A DNA stretch of 64,000 nt, taken from Planctomycetota bacterium (GTDB lineage Bacteria; Planctomycetota; UBA8108; SXIK01). This document shows, in pieces, positions 17,850 through 27,159 of this stretch. How positions within the stretch are numbered: position 1 is the stretch's first letter; the number at the start of each line of letters is the position of its first letter. The notes beneath the pieces are model-generated. The model made no database searches and had not been told where the DNA came from. It saw only the letters and a list, made by a program, of their open reading frames with translations. The stretch is from assembly GCA_965223845.1 (NCBI GenBank), contig CBDCXR010000004.1, positions 2,752,001 through 2,816,000 on the forward strand, in the 5' to 3' direction. The position numbers were made by a program, and so were the translations under genes.

Positions 17850-19652
17850 ATGAAACGATCGCTCGCGGGCCTCGCACTCGGCGCGGCCCTTCAGTGGACT
17901 CTGCTCGCCCCGCCGGCGCACGCGGAGGAACCTCGCATCGAGTTGATGGTGACGCCCGGCTATTTGCCGGGCGTTCCGGTCCTCGTTCGATTCGATCGCA
18001 CGACGGCGCCCGGCGTTCCGCTCGCGCGCGAACCGTGGAACGGAGTGGTGGCTTTGAGCTCCGACCGCGCTGAAGTCGAGCTCGTCCCCGACGCGATCGA
18101 GCTACGCGGCGGAATGGGCTCCGCGCTCGTCGCGATCTCCGGCGGCGGCGACTTCACGCTGCGGGCGGAGATCGGTGGACAGAGTGTCGAGCGCGAGCTT
18201 CGCGACCTCACCGGCGAGCCGATCCATTCCGTGCAAGGAACTCTCGACGGCGAAGCGACGGAGTGGAGCGGGATCGTTCACGTGACCGCGGATGTGCAGG
18301 TTCCGGTCGGTCACACGCTGACGATCCGACCGGGGACTCTCGTCGTTCTCGACGGTGTCGCGACCGGCGAAGACGGGGTCGACCTCAACGTGAAGGGAAC
18401 CCTCGAAGCGTTGGGGACCCGCGACGAGCCCGTCTCCTTCACGGCCGCCGCAACCCACGAGCCCTGGGGAGAGATCGACTTCGACGGCGCGACCGGACGC
18501 TTACAGAACGCGCTGATCACCCGCGCTGGAAGCTCGCCGGCCGGCGGCCACACGAGCTCGGGACCCGCGGTGCGGTCTCGCGAGGACAGCACCGTCGAGC
18601 TCGACGGCTGCGTGATCTCGGACATCGCCGGCAAGATCATGACCGCGGACGACAGCGACCTCGTCTTTCGCGACTGCATCCTCGCTCGCGCGATCATGGG
18701 CCCCGAGATCGACGACTCGGCGGCGCTTCTCGAGCGCTGCCTCATCGCGGAGATGCGCGGAGAGGACGACAACGACGGGATTTACCTCCACAGCCAGAAG
18801 GCGGGCCAAGAGCTCACGCTCCAGGACGTCATCGTCGCGGGCGGCGACGACGACGGAATCGACACCCTTCGCTCCACCGTCACTATCGCGGAGTGCGTCG
18901 TTCGCGACTTCGCGGACAAAGGGATCAGCGCATTTTCGTCCGACTTGACGGTCACACAGACGATCCTCGCGGACTGCGACATCGGTGTGTCGAACAAGAG
19001 CGATGATCCCGACGGCTCACTGGTTCGCATCGATCGCTCGACCATAGTGGGGAACCGCCTCGGCATCGAAGCGAACGACAAGTTCGACGAGCCCGAGAAC
19101 GATGTGCGGTTCAAAGTCTCGAGCTCCATCGTTCGCTGCGACACGACGCTCGAGACAGGATTCGCCGACGAGAAGATGCAAATCTCCTACTCGGCGCTCG
19201 GCGACGACTGGCCGGGTGAGGGCAACTTCACCGACGATCCGGAGTTTGTCGACGGCAACGCTTGGGACTTTCGGCTGTCGGCCGGCTCGCCGTGCATCGA
19301 CAGCGGTGATCCCGCCGCGGAACTGGACCCGGACGGAACGCGCGCCGATCGCGGCGCCCTCCCGCGATCGACGGTCGTCGATGCGCCTCGGTTCACCCGG
19401 GGCTCGACGAACGGAGACGAATGGATCGACATCTCCGACGCGATCTCGATCCTCTTTCATCTCTTCGGCGGACGCAGCATTCCCTGCCGCGACGCCGCCG
19501 ATGCGAACGACGACGGGGGCGTTTCCCTCGGCGATGCCGTGTTCTTGCTCGAGGCGATCTTCACGGGCGGCCCCGATATCCCGCATCCGAGCGCTTGCGG
19601 CACGGATCCGACGGAGGACGATCTCGACTGCGCCAAAGAAGCTTGCGCCTGA
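17850..19652 (+). CDS. Secreted right-handed beta-helix (pectin lyase-like) protein with planctomycete-type dockerin
   Basis: Signal peptide, TLTIRPGT...GTRDEPVSFT...WG, DDGID/DKGIS repeats, DFRLSAGSPCIDSGDP, and C-terminal FTRGSTNGDEWIDISDA...CRDAADANDDG...CGTDPTEDDLDC. Confidence 0.8.
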   Translation: MKRSLAGLALGAALQWTLLAPPAHAEEPRIELMVTPGYLPGVPVLVRFDRTTAPGVPLAREPWNGVVALSSDRAEVELVPDAIELRGGMGSALVAISGGGDFTLRAEIGGQSVERELRDLTGEPIHSVQGTLDGEATEWSGIVHVTADVQVPVGHTLTIRPGTLVVLDGVATGEDGVDLNVKGTLEALGTRDEPVSFTAAATHEPWGEIDFDGATGRLQNALITRAGSSPAGGHTSSGPAVRSREDSTVELDGCVISDIAGKIMTADDSDLVFRDCILARAIMGPEIDDSAALLERCLIAEMRGEDDNDGIYLHSQKAGQELTLQDVIVAGGDDDGIDTLRSTVTIAECVVRDFADKGISAFSSDLTVTQTILADCDIGVSNKSDDPDGSLVRIDRSTIVGNRLGIEANDKFDEPENDVRFKVSSSIVRCDTTLETGFADEKMQISYSALGDDWPGEGNFTDDPEFVDGNAWDFRLSAGSPCIDSGDPAAELDPDGTRADRGALPRSTVVDAPRFTRGSTNGDEWIDISDAISILFHLFGGRSIPCRDAADANDDGGVSLGDAVFLLEAIFTGGPDIPHPSACGTDPTEDDLDCAKEACA

Positions 19653-19673
19653 TCCGTATAGCACCTGCGCTCG

Positions 19674-20813
19674 TCAGCGGTGGCGGGGAGCGATCCGTCG
19701 TGCGATCGCCTGGCGGAACGGTCGGCGGAGAACTCCCACCTCGGTGATGAGCCCGGCGATGTACTTCGACGGCGTCACATCGAAAGCCGGGTTGTAAACG
19801 TTGACCCCCTTCGGTGCGGTTCTTCGGCCGAAGCCGTCCGTCACCTCGCTCGCGTCCCGCTCTTCGATCGGAATCTCGGCTCCGGATCGAAGCGAGAGAT
19901 CGAAGGTCGTGCTCGGCGCTGCAACGTAGAACGGAATCTTGTGCTCGCGCGCGAGGACCGCCACTCCGAAGGTGCCGATCTTGTTCGCGACGTCGCCGTT
20001 CGCCGCGATGCGATCCGCCCCCGTCACGATGCAATCGACGCCGCCGGATCGCATCAGCGACGCGGCTGCGTTGTCGCAGAGGAGGGTGACGTCGACTCCG
20101 ACCGATTGGAGCTCCCAGGCGGTGAGGCGCGCGCCCTGGAGAAGCGGCCGCGTCTCGTCCGCGTAGACGGCGACGGACTTGCCCGCCGCTAACGCGCCGT
20201 AGACGACGGCGAGCGCCGTCCCGGCCCCCCCGGTCGCGAGTGCGCCCGCGTGGCAATGGGTGAGCACGCTCCACCCCGACCGGAGCACCTTCGCGCCGTG
20301 GCGACCGATCGCGCGGCAGAGCTCCCGGTCTTCGGTGTGAATCGAGAGCGCCTCGTCGAGAAGCGCCGACCCAACGCGGGAAGGACGGAACGAATTCGGG
20401 GACGCTCCGTCTAGGACCCGACGCGCCGCGTCCTCCATCCGCCGGAGCGCCCAGAAGAGATTGACGGCGGTCGGGCGCGACGACGCGAGATAGGAACAGA
20501 CCCTCCCCAGCGCGGCGAGGTAGCTCCGCGGCGTCTTCGCCGCGGAGTCCCGCATGCCGAGAACGACGCCGTACGCAGCCGCCACGCCGATCGCCGGAGC
20601 GCCGCGAACCGCGAGGCGCGCGATCGCGTCCCACATCTCCTCGGCGGTGCGAATACGAATCCGCTTGAACCGCTCGGGGAGAAGAGTCTGGTCCGTCATC
20701 GCGACGTGACCGCGCGGACCGCCGACCCAATCGAGAGCGGATGGGGGATCATCGAGGATCGTGCTCGCACGCTCCCGCGAGCTTCGCTTCGAACGCTTGG
20801 CCGTTGTCACCAT
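19674..20813 (-). CDS. mtnA: Methylthioribose-1-phosphate isomerase
   Basis: DQTLLP, VRGAPAIG, SRPTAVNL, LTHCHAGALAT, ETRPLLQGARLT, GADRIAANGDVANKIGT, NPAFDVTP. Confidence 0.95.
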   Translation of the reverse strand: MVTTAKRSKRSSRERASTILDDPPSALDWVGGPRGHVAMTDQTLLPERFKRIRIRTAEEMWDAIARLAVRGAPAIGVAAAYGVVLGMRDSAAKTPRSYLAALGRVCSYLASSRPTAVNLFWALRRMEDAARRVLDGASPNSFRPSRVGSALLDEALSIHTEDRELCRAIGRHGAKVLRSGWSVLTHCHAGALATGGAGTALAVVYGALAAGKSVAVYADETRPLLQGARLTAWELQSVGVDVTLLCDNAAASLMRSGGVDCIVTGADRIAANGDVANKIGTFGVAVLAREHKIPFYVAAPSTTFDLSLRSGAEIPIEERDASEVTDGFGRRTAPKGVNVYNPAFDVTPSKYIAGLITEVGVLRRPFRQAIARRIAPRHR

Positions 20814-20908
20814 TTCCACCTACGCGTCCGTTCCCGCCCGGTCGCGGTTCACGGTCACGCGCTCTCTCCGATCCCGCGCCTCCGTTCCGGCGCCCGTACT
20901 CCCGTCGG

Positions 20909-21406
20909 CTACGCGATCGCTTCCTGCACGCGCCGATCCTTCTCGAGGACCTCCGACTTCATCGCCTCGCGGAAGTCGGCGAGGCGCGCGCGCAGGCCTG
21001 GATCGCCGATCGCGAGGATTCGAACGGCGAGAAGGGCCGCGTTCTTCGCACCGTCGATGCCCACCGTCGCGACCGGAATCCCGGGCGGCATCTGCACGGT
21101 GGAGTAGAGTGCGTCGACTCCGGCGAGCGCCCCGCTCTTCAGCGGGACACCGATCACGGGAAGGTGCGTCTTCGCGGCGACCGCGCCGGCGAGATGAGCC
21201 GCCATCCCGGCGCCGCAAATGATCACCTCGAACCCCTCGGCCTCGGCGCCCTCGGCTTTCTTGAGCGCGATCTCCGGCACGCGGTGCACGGAGTGCACGC
21301 GGAGCTCGCACTCGATCTCGAATCCCTTCAGGGTATCCGCCGCCTTTTGCATGACGGCGAGATCCGAGTCGCTTCCCATCAGAATCAGTACTTTGTGTTC
21401 GCTCAC
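20909..21406 (-). CDS. purE: PurE (N5-CAIR mutase / AIR carboxylase)
   Basis: MGSDSD, SVHRVP, AGMAAHLAG, PVIGVP, STVQMPPGIPVATV, NAALLA. Confidence 0.95.
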   Translation of the reverse strand: MSEHKVLILMGSDSDLAVMQKAADTLKGFEIECELRVHSVHRVPEIALKKAEGAEAEGFEVIICGAGMAAHLAGAVAAKTHLPVIGVPLKSGALAGVDALYSTVQMPPGIPVATVGIDGAKNAALLAVRILAIGDPGLRARLADFREAMKSEVLEKDRRVQEAIA

Positions 21407-21413
21407 GGCACTC

Positions 21414-22322
21414 TCAGCTCCAGCTCTGGCCCGTCAGGCGCTCGTAGATCTCTCGGTAAAGTCGCGACGTCTCGGCGATGACTTCGGCGGGGAGAGACGG
21501 TCCCGGCGGATTCCGATCCCAGTCGAGCCCGCGGAGGTAGTCGCGCACGTACTGCTTGTCGAAGGAGGGCTGCGACCGCCCCGGCGCGTAGCCGTCCGCC
21601 GGCCAAAAGCGCGATGAATCGGGCGTCAGCACTTCGTCGGCGAGGACGATCGGACCCGCACCACCGCTCACGCCGAACTCGAACTTGGTGTCGGCGATGA
21701 TCACTCCGCGCTCGCGCGCGTAGTCGGCGGCGGTTCGGTAGAGCTCGAGGGTGCGATCGCGGAGCTCGGCGGCGCGTTCGGCGCCGACCGTCGCTTCCAC
21801 CTGCGCGAACGAAATCGCCTCGTCGTGCTCTCCTTCTTCGGCCTTCGTCGTCGGCGTGAACAGCGCCGGGTCGAGCTGACAGCTCTCCTCGAGACCGCTC
21901 GGAAGAGGAATCTCGCACACCGAGCCCCGCTTCTGGTACTCCGCCCAGCCGGAACCTACGAGGTACCCTCGCACGACGCACTCGACGGGAAGCATTTCGA
22001 GCTTCTCGACGAGCATCGTACGACCCTCGAGCTGCTCGGCGTGCGGCTGCACGACGTCGGGCATCTCGCGAACGTCCGTCGTGATCAGGTGATTAGCGAC
22101 GCCCAGCTTCTCGAACCAAAACTCCGAGAGGCGCGTGAGTACCTTCCCCTTGTCGGGGATCCCGTTCGGGAGGACGACGTCGAACGCGGAAATTCGGTCG
22201 GTCGTGACGACCAGCAACTGACTGCCGAGGTCGTAGACGTCGCGCACCTTGCCGCGCCGGCACTCGAGACCCGGGATCTCGGTCTCGACGACGACGTTTT
22301 CTTGGTCGGTCGGTTCGTTCAC
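21414..22322 (-). CDS. purC: SAICAR synthetase
   Basis: RGKVRDVY, TDRISAFD, ECVVRGYLVGSG, IIADTKFEFG, DEVLTPDSSRFW, SFDKQYVRD. GTG start at 22322 follows GGAG. Confidence 0.95.
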   Translation of the reverse strand: MNEPTDQENVVVETEIPGLECRRGKVRDVYDLGSQLLVVTTDRISAFDVVLPNGIPDKGKVLTRLSEFWFEKLGVANHLITTDVREMPDVVQPHAEQLEGRTMLVEKLEMLPVECVVRGYLVGSGWAEYQKRGSVCEIPLPSGLEESCQLDPALFTPTTKAEEGEHDEAISFAQVEATVGAERAAELRDRTLELYRTAADYARERGVIIADTKFEFGVSGGAGPIVLADEVLTPDSSRFWPADGYAPGRSQPSFDKQYVRDYLRGLDWDRNPPGPSLPAEVIAETSRLYREIYERLTGQSWS

Positions 22323-22457
22323 TTCTACACTCCACAATGCGACCTCGAGTTCGAGGTCATAGGGTTCGAATGAAGAAAGTCGAAAGAGTGAAATCCGCTC
22401 GAGATCGCGCGGTCGCCCCGATCTCGCCGCCGTCGATCGATCGCGCGCCGTAAGCGT

Positions 22458-23138
22458 CTACGCCGGCGGCGGTTTTTCCGGAGAGGTCGGGCGGCGCGGA
22501 CGCGTCGTCTCGACTGCTCGCCCTTCCCGAACGAGCCGATCGAGAAGGGGCTGTCCGATGGTCGGCCCAGCGGGGCTGCGCTGATCGATGAGCTTCGTTC
22601 TTCGTTTCGCCGAGACGGCGGGGCGTCGCGCACCCGTCCCGAGCGAAGGACCCCACATCCTCTGACCGTGACACACCGCCACGGCGAGGGCATCCGAGAC
22701 ATCCTCCGATTCCGGGAGGTCGTCTCGAGAGAGGATTCGTCCGATCATGCGCTGCACCTGGTCCTTCCCTGCCCCCCCGTTGCCGGTGATCGCCTTCTTG
22801 ACGAGTCGCGGGGCGTACTCGAACACGTCCATGCCCGCGATCTGTGCTGCGACGATCACGACGCCGCGGGCCTGGCCGAGCTTGAATGCACTCTGAAGGT
22901 TCTTACCGTGAAAGACGTCCTCGATCGCGAGCACCGCCGGCGCGTGAGCCGCCACGATGTCGCCGATTCTATCGAAGAGCGCGTGGAGCCGAGCGGGCAG
23001 CGAATCCGACGCGAGATGCAGAGCCCCGCAGTCGACGAGATCGACCTGGCGCCGCGCCGCGACGTCCACGACTCCGTAGCCGGCGATGCGAGTGCCGGGA
23101 TCGACCCCGAGGACTCGCACGGACTCGCTCCCCGCCAT
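22458..23138 (-). CDS. ruvC: Crossover junction endodeoxyribonuclease RuvC with C-terminal extension
   Basis: LGVDPG, IEDVF, LGQARG, VKKAITGNGGAGKDQV, DVSDALAVAVCH. Confidence 0.93.
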   Translation of the reverse strand: MAGSESVRVLGVDPGTRIAGYGVVDVAARRQVDLVDCGALHLASDSLPARLHALFDRIGDIVAAHAPAVLAIEDVFHGKNLQSAFKLGQARGVVIVAAQIAGMDVFEYAPRLVKKAITGNGGAGKDQVQRMIGRILSRDDLPESEDVSDALAVAVCHGQRMWGPSLGTGARRPAVSAKRRTKLIDQRSPAGPTIGQPLLDRLVREGRAVETTRPRRPTSPEKPPPA

Positions 23139-23246
23139 GCGACTCTCCCACTTCTCTTGCGATGGAGGACCGGAGGAAGATAGCCGACCCGCGACCACCT
23201 TGTAAACTCTTCCCTCGCGCGTCCGGCGATCTTCCGGCGCCGCCGC

Positions 23247-24584
23247 CTACTCCGCCCCGCGGGACTCGTCGCGCTCGCGCCGCCGGTAAAAAACTCGGAG
23301 CGGGAGCTCCTCGAAGCCGAGCGCCTCGCGGAACGCGCCTTCCACGTAGCGGCGGTAGTCCGCGGGAATGAGGTGGGGTTCGTTGACGAAGATCACGAAG
23401 GTCGGCGGCCGCGTCGAAACCTGGGTCGCGTAGAAGATCTTCGGCACCTTGCTCCGGCGCGCGTGCGGAGGGTGGTACTCCTTGATCGCCTCGACGACGC
23501 GATTGAGCTGTCCCGTCCCGATGCGGCGCGACGAGCGCTTGTAGAGGCTCTGGGCGAGATCGATGGCCGACTGAAGATTGCGCGACTGCGTCGCCGTCGT
23601 GGCGACGATCGGCGCGAATCTCAGCCCCGGGAGGGCCTTGTAAAGGTAGTCGGCGTACTCCTCGGTCGTCATGTCCTCGCGGACGAGATCCCATTTGTTC
23701 GCGATGATCACGCAAACCGCCGACATGCGCGAAATCAGCTCGCCGAGCTTCTTATCCGCACGCGTGATCTCCTGGCTGGCATCGAGCAGGAAAAGAACGA
23801 CATCGACCCGCCGGATCGCTTGCTCGGTCCGAACACGGCTGTAGAACTCGATCGATCCGCCGGTATGGCGCTTCCGCTTGACCCCGGCCGTGTCGACGAT
23901 CACGAACTCGCGGCCGTCCTTCTCGAACTTCACGTCGACGGCGTCGCGCGTCGTTCCTGGGACCTCGCTCACGATCACGCGCTCCTCGCGCGCGATCGCG
24001 TTCACGAAGGACGACTTGCCCACGTTCTGCCGCCCGACGACGGCGATGTGCATCACCGGTTCGGGAACGTCTTCTTCGGTCGGCCACAGGTTCTCGGTCA
24101 CCCGATCGAGAAGCCGCGACGTCCCGATCTCCTCCTTCGCGCTCACCGCGATCGGCTCGCCGAGTCCGAGCTCGTAAAACTCCGGCACGTCGGCCTCGTA
24201 GCGAGGCGCATCGACTTTGTTCGCAACGACGAGAACCGGAACCTCACGCGATCGTTCGCGCAGTCGCCGCGCCACCTCGCGATCGAGCGGGACGATGCCG
24301 TCGCGTGCGTCCGTCACGAAGAGGATCAAGCTCGCGCCGCGAACGGCGAATTCGATCTGGCGCTCGACGTGCTCGCTGAGATCATCGCGATCGACGACGC
24401 CGATTCCGCCGGTGTCCATCACCTCCATCGTCACGTCGCGATGCGTCATCACGGTCGAAATCCGATCGCGCGTGACTCCGGGTGTTTCCTCGACGATCGA
24501 GATGCGGCGGCCGGCGAGGCAGTTGAGAAGCGACGACTTGCCGACGTTCGGCCGGCCGACGATCGCGACGAGAGGCAGTCTCAT
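23247..24584 (-). CDS. der: Ribosome biogenesis GTPase Der (EngA)
   Basis: Two GTPase domains (GRPNVGKSS/DTGG/NKVD and GRQNVGKSS/DTAG/NKWD) plus KH-like KIFYATQ...PPTF. ATG overlaps the NUDIX stop. Confidence 0.96.
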   Translation of the reverse strand: MRLPLVAIVGRPNVGKSSLLNCLAGRRISIVEETPGVTRDRISTVMTHRDVTMEVMDTGGIGVVDRDDLSEHVERQIEFAVRGASLILFVTDARDGIVPLDREVARRLRERSREVPVLVVANKVDAPRYEADVPEFYELGLGEPIAVSAKEEIGTSRLLDRVTENLWPTEEDVPEPVMHIAVVGRQNVGKSSFVNAIAREERVIVSEVPGTTRDAVDVKFEKDGREFVIVDTAGVKRKRHTGGSIEFYSRVRTEQAIRRVDVVLFLLDASQEITRADKKLGELISRMSAVCVIIANKWDLVREDMTTEEYADYLYKALPGLRFAPIVATTATQSRNLQSAIDLAQSLYKRSSRRIGTGQLNRVVEAIKEYHPPHARRSKVPKIFYATQVSTRPPTFVIFVNEPHLIPADYRRYVEGAFREALGFEELPLRVFYRRRERDESRGAE

Positions 24585-25195
24585 GGCTCGCCTCCGGCAG
24601 CAGTGCGCTCGCGGTCGAGCGCCGCGAAGTGGAGAAGCGCGAGGTGCGTCTTCGCGTCGACGACGATCGGCTCCGCATCCGCGGACGGGTGGAGAATCGA
24701 CTCGAGGAGTGAGGCGAGCTCGAACTCCTTCACGCGGAGGCACTCGCCTGGTTCGAGCTCCTGCGGACCGGGCGACAGTTCTTCGGCGATGAAAAAGTGC
24801 ACCCGCTGCGCGGAAGTCCCTGGGATCGCGAACAGCTCCGCGATCGGCGTCAGATTCGCCGCGCGGTAGCCGGTCTCCTCGGCGAGCTCGCGCGCTGCGC
24901 AGTCGGCAGGCGCCTCTCCGGGCTCGATCACGCCGGCGGGAATCTCGTGGATATGGCCGTCGACCGAGTTTCGAAACTGCTCGACGAGGACGACCCCGCG
25001 GCGTCCGTTCGCGCGCGCATGAATCGGCAACACCGCGACCGCAGGCGGGAGGTGAATGACCTCGTGCTCGGCCTCGTGCCCTCCGGGAAGGACGATCTCG
25101 TCGATCGATACGCCCACGACGCGCCCGCGGAACCTCGTCGTGCGCCCCCGTCGGCGGAATTCCCCATCCTCTCGAACGCCCGGATACCGTGTCAC
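24581..25195 (-). CDS. NUDIX hydrolase, ADP-ribose pyrophosphatase-like
   Basis: EQFR, Nudix box EIPAGVIEPGEAPADCAARELAEETGY, DAKT. Confidence 0.88.
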   Translation of the reverse strand: MTRYPGVREDGEFRRRGRTTRFRGRVVGVSIDEIVLPGGHEAEHEVIHLPPAVAVLPIHARANGRRGVVLVEQFRNSVDGHIHEIPAGVIEPGEAPADCAARELAEETGYRAANLTPIAELFAIPGTSAQRVHFFIAEELSPGPQELEPGECLRVKEFELASLLESILHPSADAEPIVVDAKTHLALLHFAALDRERTAAGGEP

Positions 25196-27054
25196 GATGC
25201 TTCTCCGGCGGCTCCCCGTCGGCGTCGATCGCTCGCATCAACGTGAACGAGGAGGAGGGAGACATCAGCCGGTGTGACTCCGCTGATTCGCGACGCCTGC
25301 CCGATCGAATGAGGCTGGACGCGCGCGAGCTTTTCCCGCGCCTCGAGGCGGAGCCCGGTGATGCTCGCGTAATCGATCGAGGCCGGAAGGCGGCGATCTT
25401 CGAGTCGACGGAAGCGCTCGATCTGACGCTCTTGGCGCTCGATGTAGGCCTCGTACTTCGCGGCGACTTCGATCGCAGCGACGTCTTCGCTCGACAGCTC
25501 GTCCTCGCGCAGTTTCGGGTCGAGCGCAACGAGATCGGCGAACTCTCGATCCGGGCGCCGAAGAATGCGAAGGAGAGACTTCCCCTCGTGCTTCGCCCCA
25601 TCGAGATAGCGGAGCGTCGCCCGAGTTCGCTCGCGCTTTCGCAGCATGCGCTCGAGGTCCGCGGATGAGACGAGGCCGAGTCGGTGTCCGATCTCCATGA
25701 GGCGATCGTCGGCGTTGTCGGCTCGGAGGAGGAGGCGGTATTCCGCGCGCGATGTAAACATGCGATACGGCTCGCGCGGGCACTCGACGACGAGATCGTC
25801 GACGAGCACTCCGATGTACGCTTCGGAGCGCCGGAGAATGAGCGGATCTTCGCCGCGCAGCGCGAGCGCCGCGTTGATTCCCGCCATCAGACCCTGCGCC
25901 GCCGCCTCTTCGTATCCGCTCGTGCCACAGATCTGTCCGGCGAAGTAGAGACCCGCGACGAGTTTCGTCTCGAAAGTGGGGTGAATCTGCGTCGGCGGAA
26001 AAAAATCGTACTCGACCGCGTAGCCGTACTGAAGAACGCCGGCGTGCGCGAGGGCGGGAATGGTCGCGAGGAGATCGTCCTGAGCGTCGCGCGGCAGACT
26101 CGTCGATAGCCCGTTCACGTAGATCCAGTTCGTGTCGAGCCCCTCGGGTTCGAGAAAGAGCTGGTGCCGCGACTTTTCCGCGAATCGGACGACTTTGTCC
26201 TCGATCGAAGGGCAGTAGCGCGGACCGACGCCTTCGATCACGCCTCCGTACATCGGCGAGCGATGGAGCTCGCGGCGAATGACGTCGTGCGTCGCCGCGT
26301 TCGTGTACGCGATGTGACACGGCACCTGACGAAGCCGTAGACTCGTCGTCGAGTGCGAAAAGGGAACCGGTGGATCGTCTCCCGGTTGCTCGGTTGTTTC
26401 GCTCCAGTCGATCGTCTCGGCTGCGACGCGCGCGGGCGTTCCCGTCTTCAGTCGTCCCCGCTCGAAACCGTACTCGTCGAGAAAGTGCGAAAGATCGTAC
26501 GCGGCGTCCTCCCCCACGCGACCGCCCGGCGATTGTTCGCCGCCGCAGTGAAGGAGTCCGCGGAGAAACGTTCCCGTCGTCAAGACCACGGCGCGCCCGG
26601 GTACTTCACTCCCGTCTGCGAGACGCACGCCGCGCGCTCGGGGCCGTCCACCGTCGCCCGCGCGATCGACGAGCAGCCCGTCGACCTTTCCCCGCACGAG
26701 CTCGAGTCCCGGTTGCGAGCCGGCGACGCGCGCCATGTACGCCTCGTAGCGGTGCTTGTCGCACTGGGCGCGCGGCGCACGCACCGCCGGGCCCTTCCGC
26801 GTATTGAGCACGCGGAACTGAATGCCCGCGGCATCGGCCGCTCGGCCCATCTCGCCGCCGAGCGCGTCGATCTCGCGCACGATCTGGCCCTTGCCGAGTC
26901 CGCCGATCGCGGGATTGCACGACATTCTCCCCACGGCACGCTCATCCATCGTGACGAGCGCCGTTCGGAAGCCCATACGGGCCGCGGCGAGGGCAGCCTC
27001 GACTCCGGCATGGCCGCCGCCGACAACGATGATGTCGAACTGAGGAAGAATCAT
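25192..27054 (-). CDS. mnmG: tRNA uridine 5-carboxymethylaminomethyl modification enzyme MnmG
   Basis: VVGGGHAGVEAA, MSCNPAIGG, RLKTGTP, GPRYCPSIEDK, GYEEAAAQG, EPYRMFTSRAEYRL. Confidence 0.97.
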   Translation of the reverse strand: MILPQFDIIVVGGGHAGVEAALAAARMGFRTALVTMDERAVGRMSCNPAIGGLGKGQIVREIDALGGEMGRAADAAGIQFRVLNTRKGPAVRAPRAQCDKHRYEAYMARVAGSQPGLELVRGKVDGLLVDRAGDGGRPRARGVRLADGSEVPGRAVVLTTGTFLRGLLHCGGEQSPGGRVGEDAAYDLSHFLDEYGFERGRLKTGTPARVAAETIDWSETTEQPGDDPPVPFSHSTTSLRLRQVPCHIAYTNAATHDVIRRELHRSPMYGGVIEGVGPRYCPSIEDKVVRFAEKSRHQLFLEPEGLDTNWIYVNGLSTSLPRDAQDDLLATIPALAHAGVLQYGYAVEYDFFPPTQIHPTFETKLVAGLYFAGQICGTSGYEEAAAQGLMAGINAALALRGEDPLILRRSEAYIGVLVDDLVVECPREPYRMFTSRAEYRLLLRADNADDRLMEIGHRLGLVSSADLERMLRKRERTRATLRYLDGAKHEGKSLLRILRRPDREFADLVALDPKLREDELSSEDVAAIEVAAKYEAYIERQERQIERFRRLEDRRLPASIDYASITGLRLEAREKLARVQPHSIGQASRISGVTPADVSLLLVHVDASDRRRRGAAGEAS

Positions 27055-27159
27055 GGACAGCGCTCCGAGGACAGCCCGCGCTCAATCTACCCGAACTGCA
27101 AAGGAAATGGCGAACGAGGACCGCACTGACCGCCGTCCCCGTCGTGCTCTAGGGAGCGA

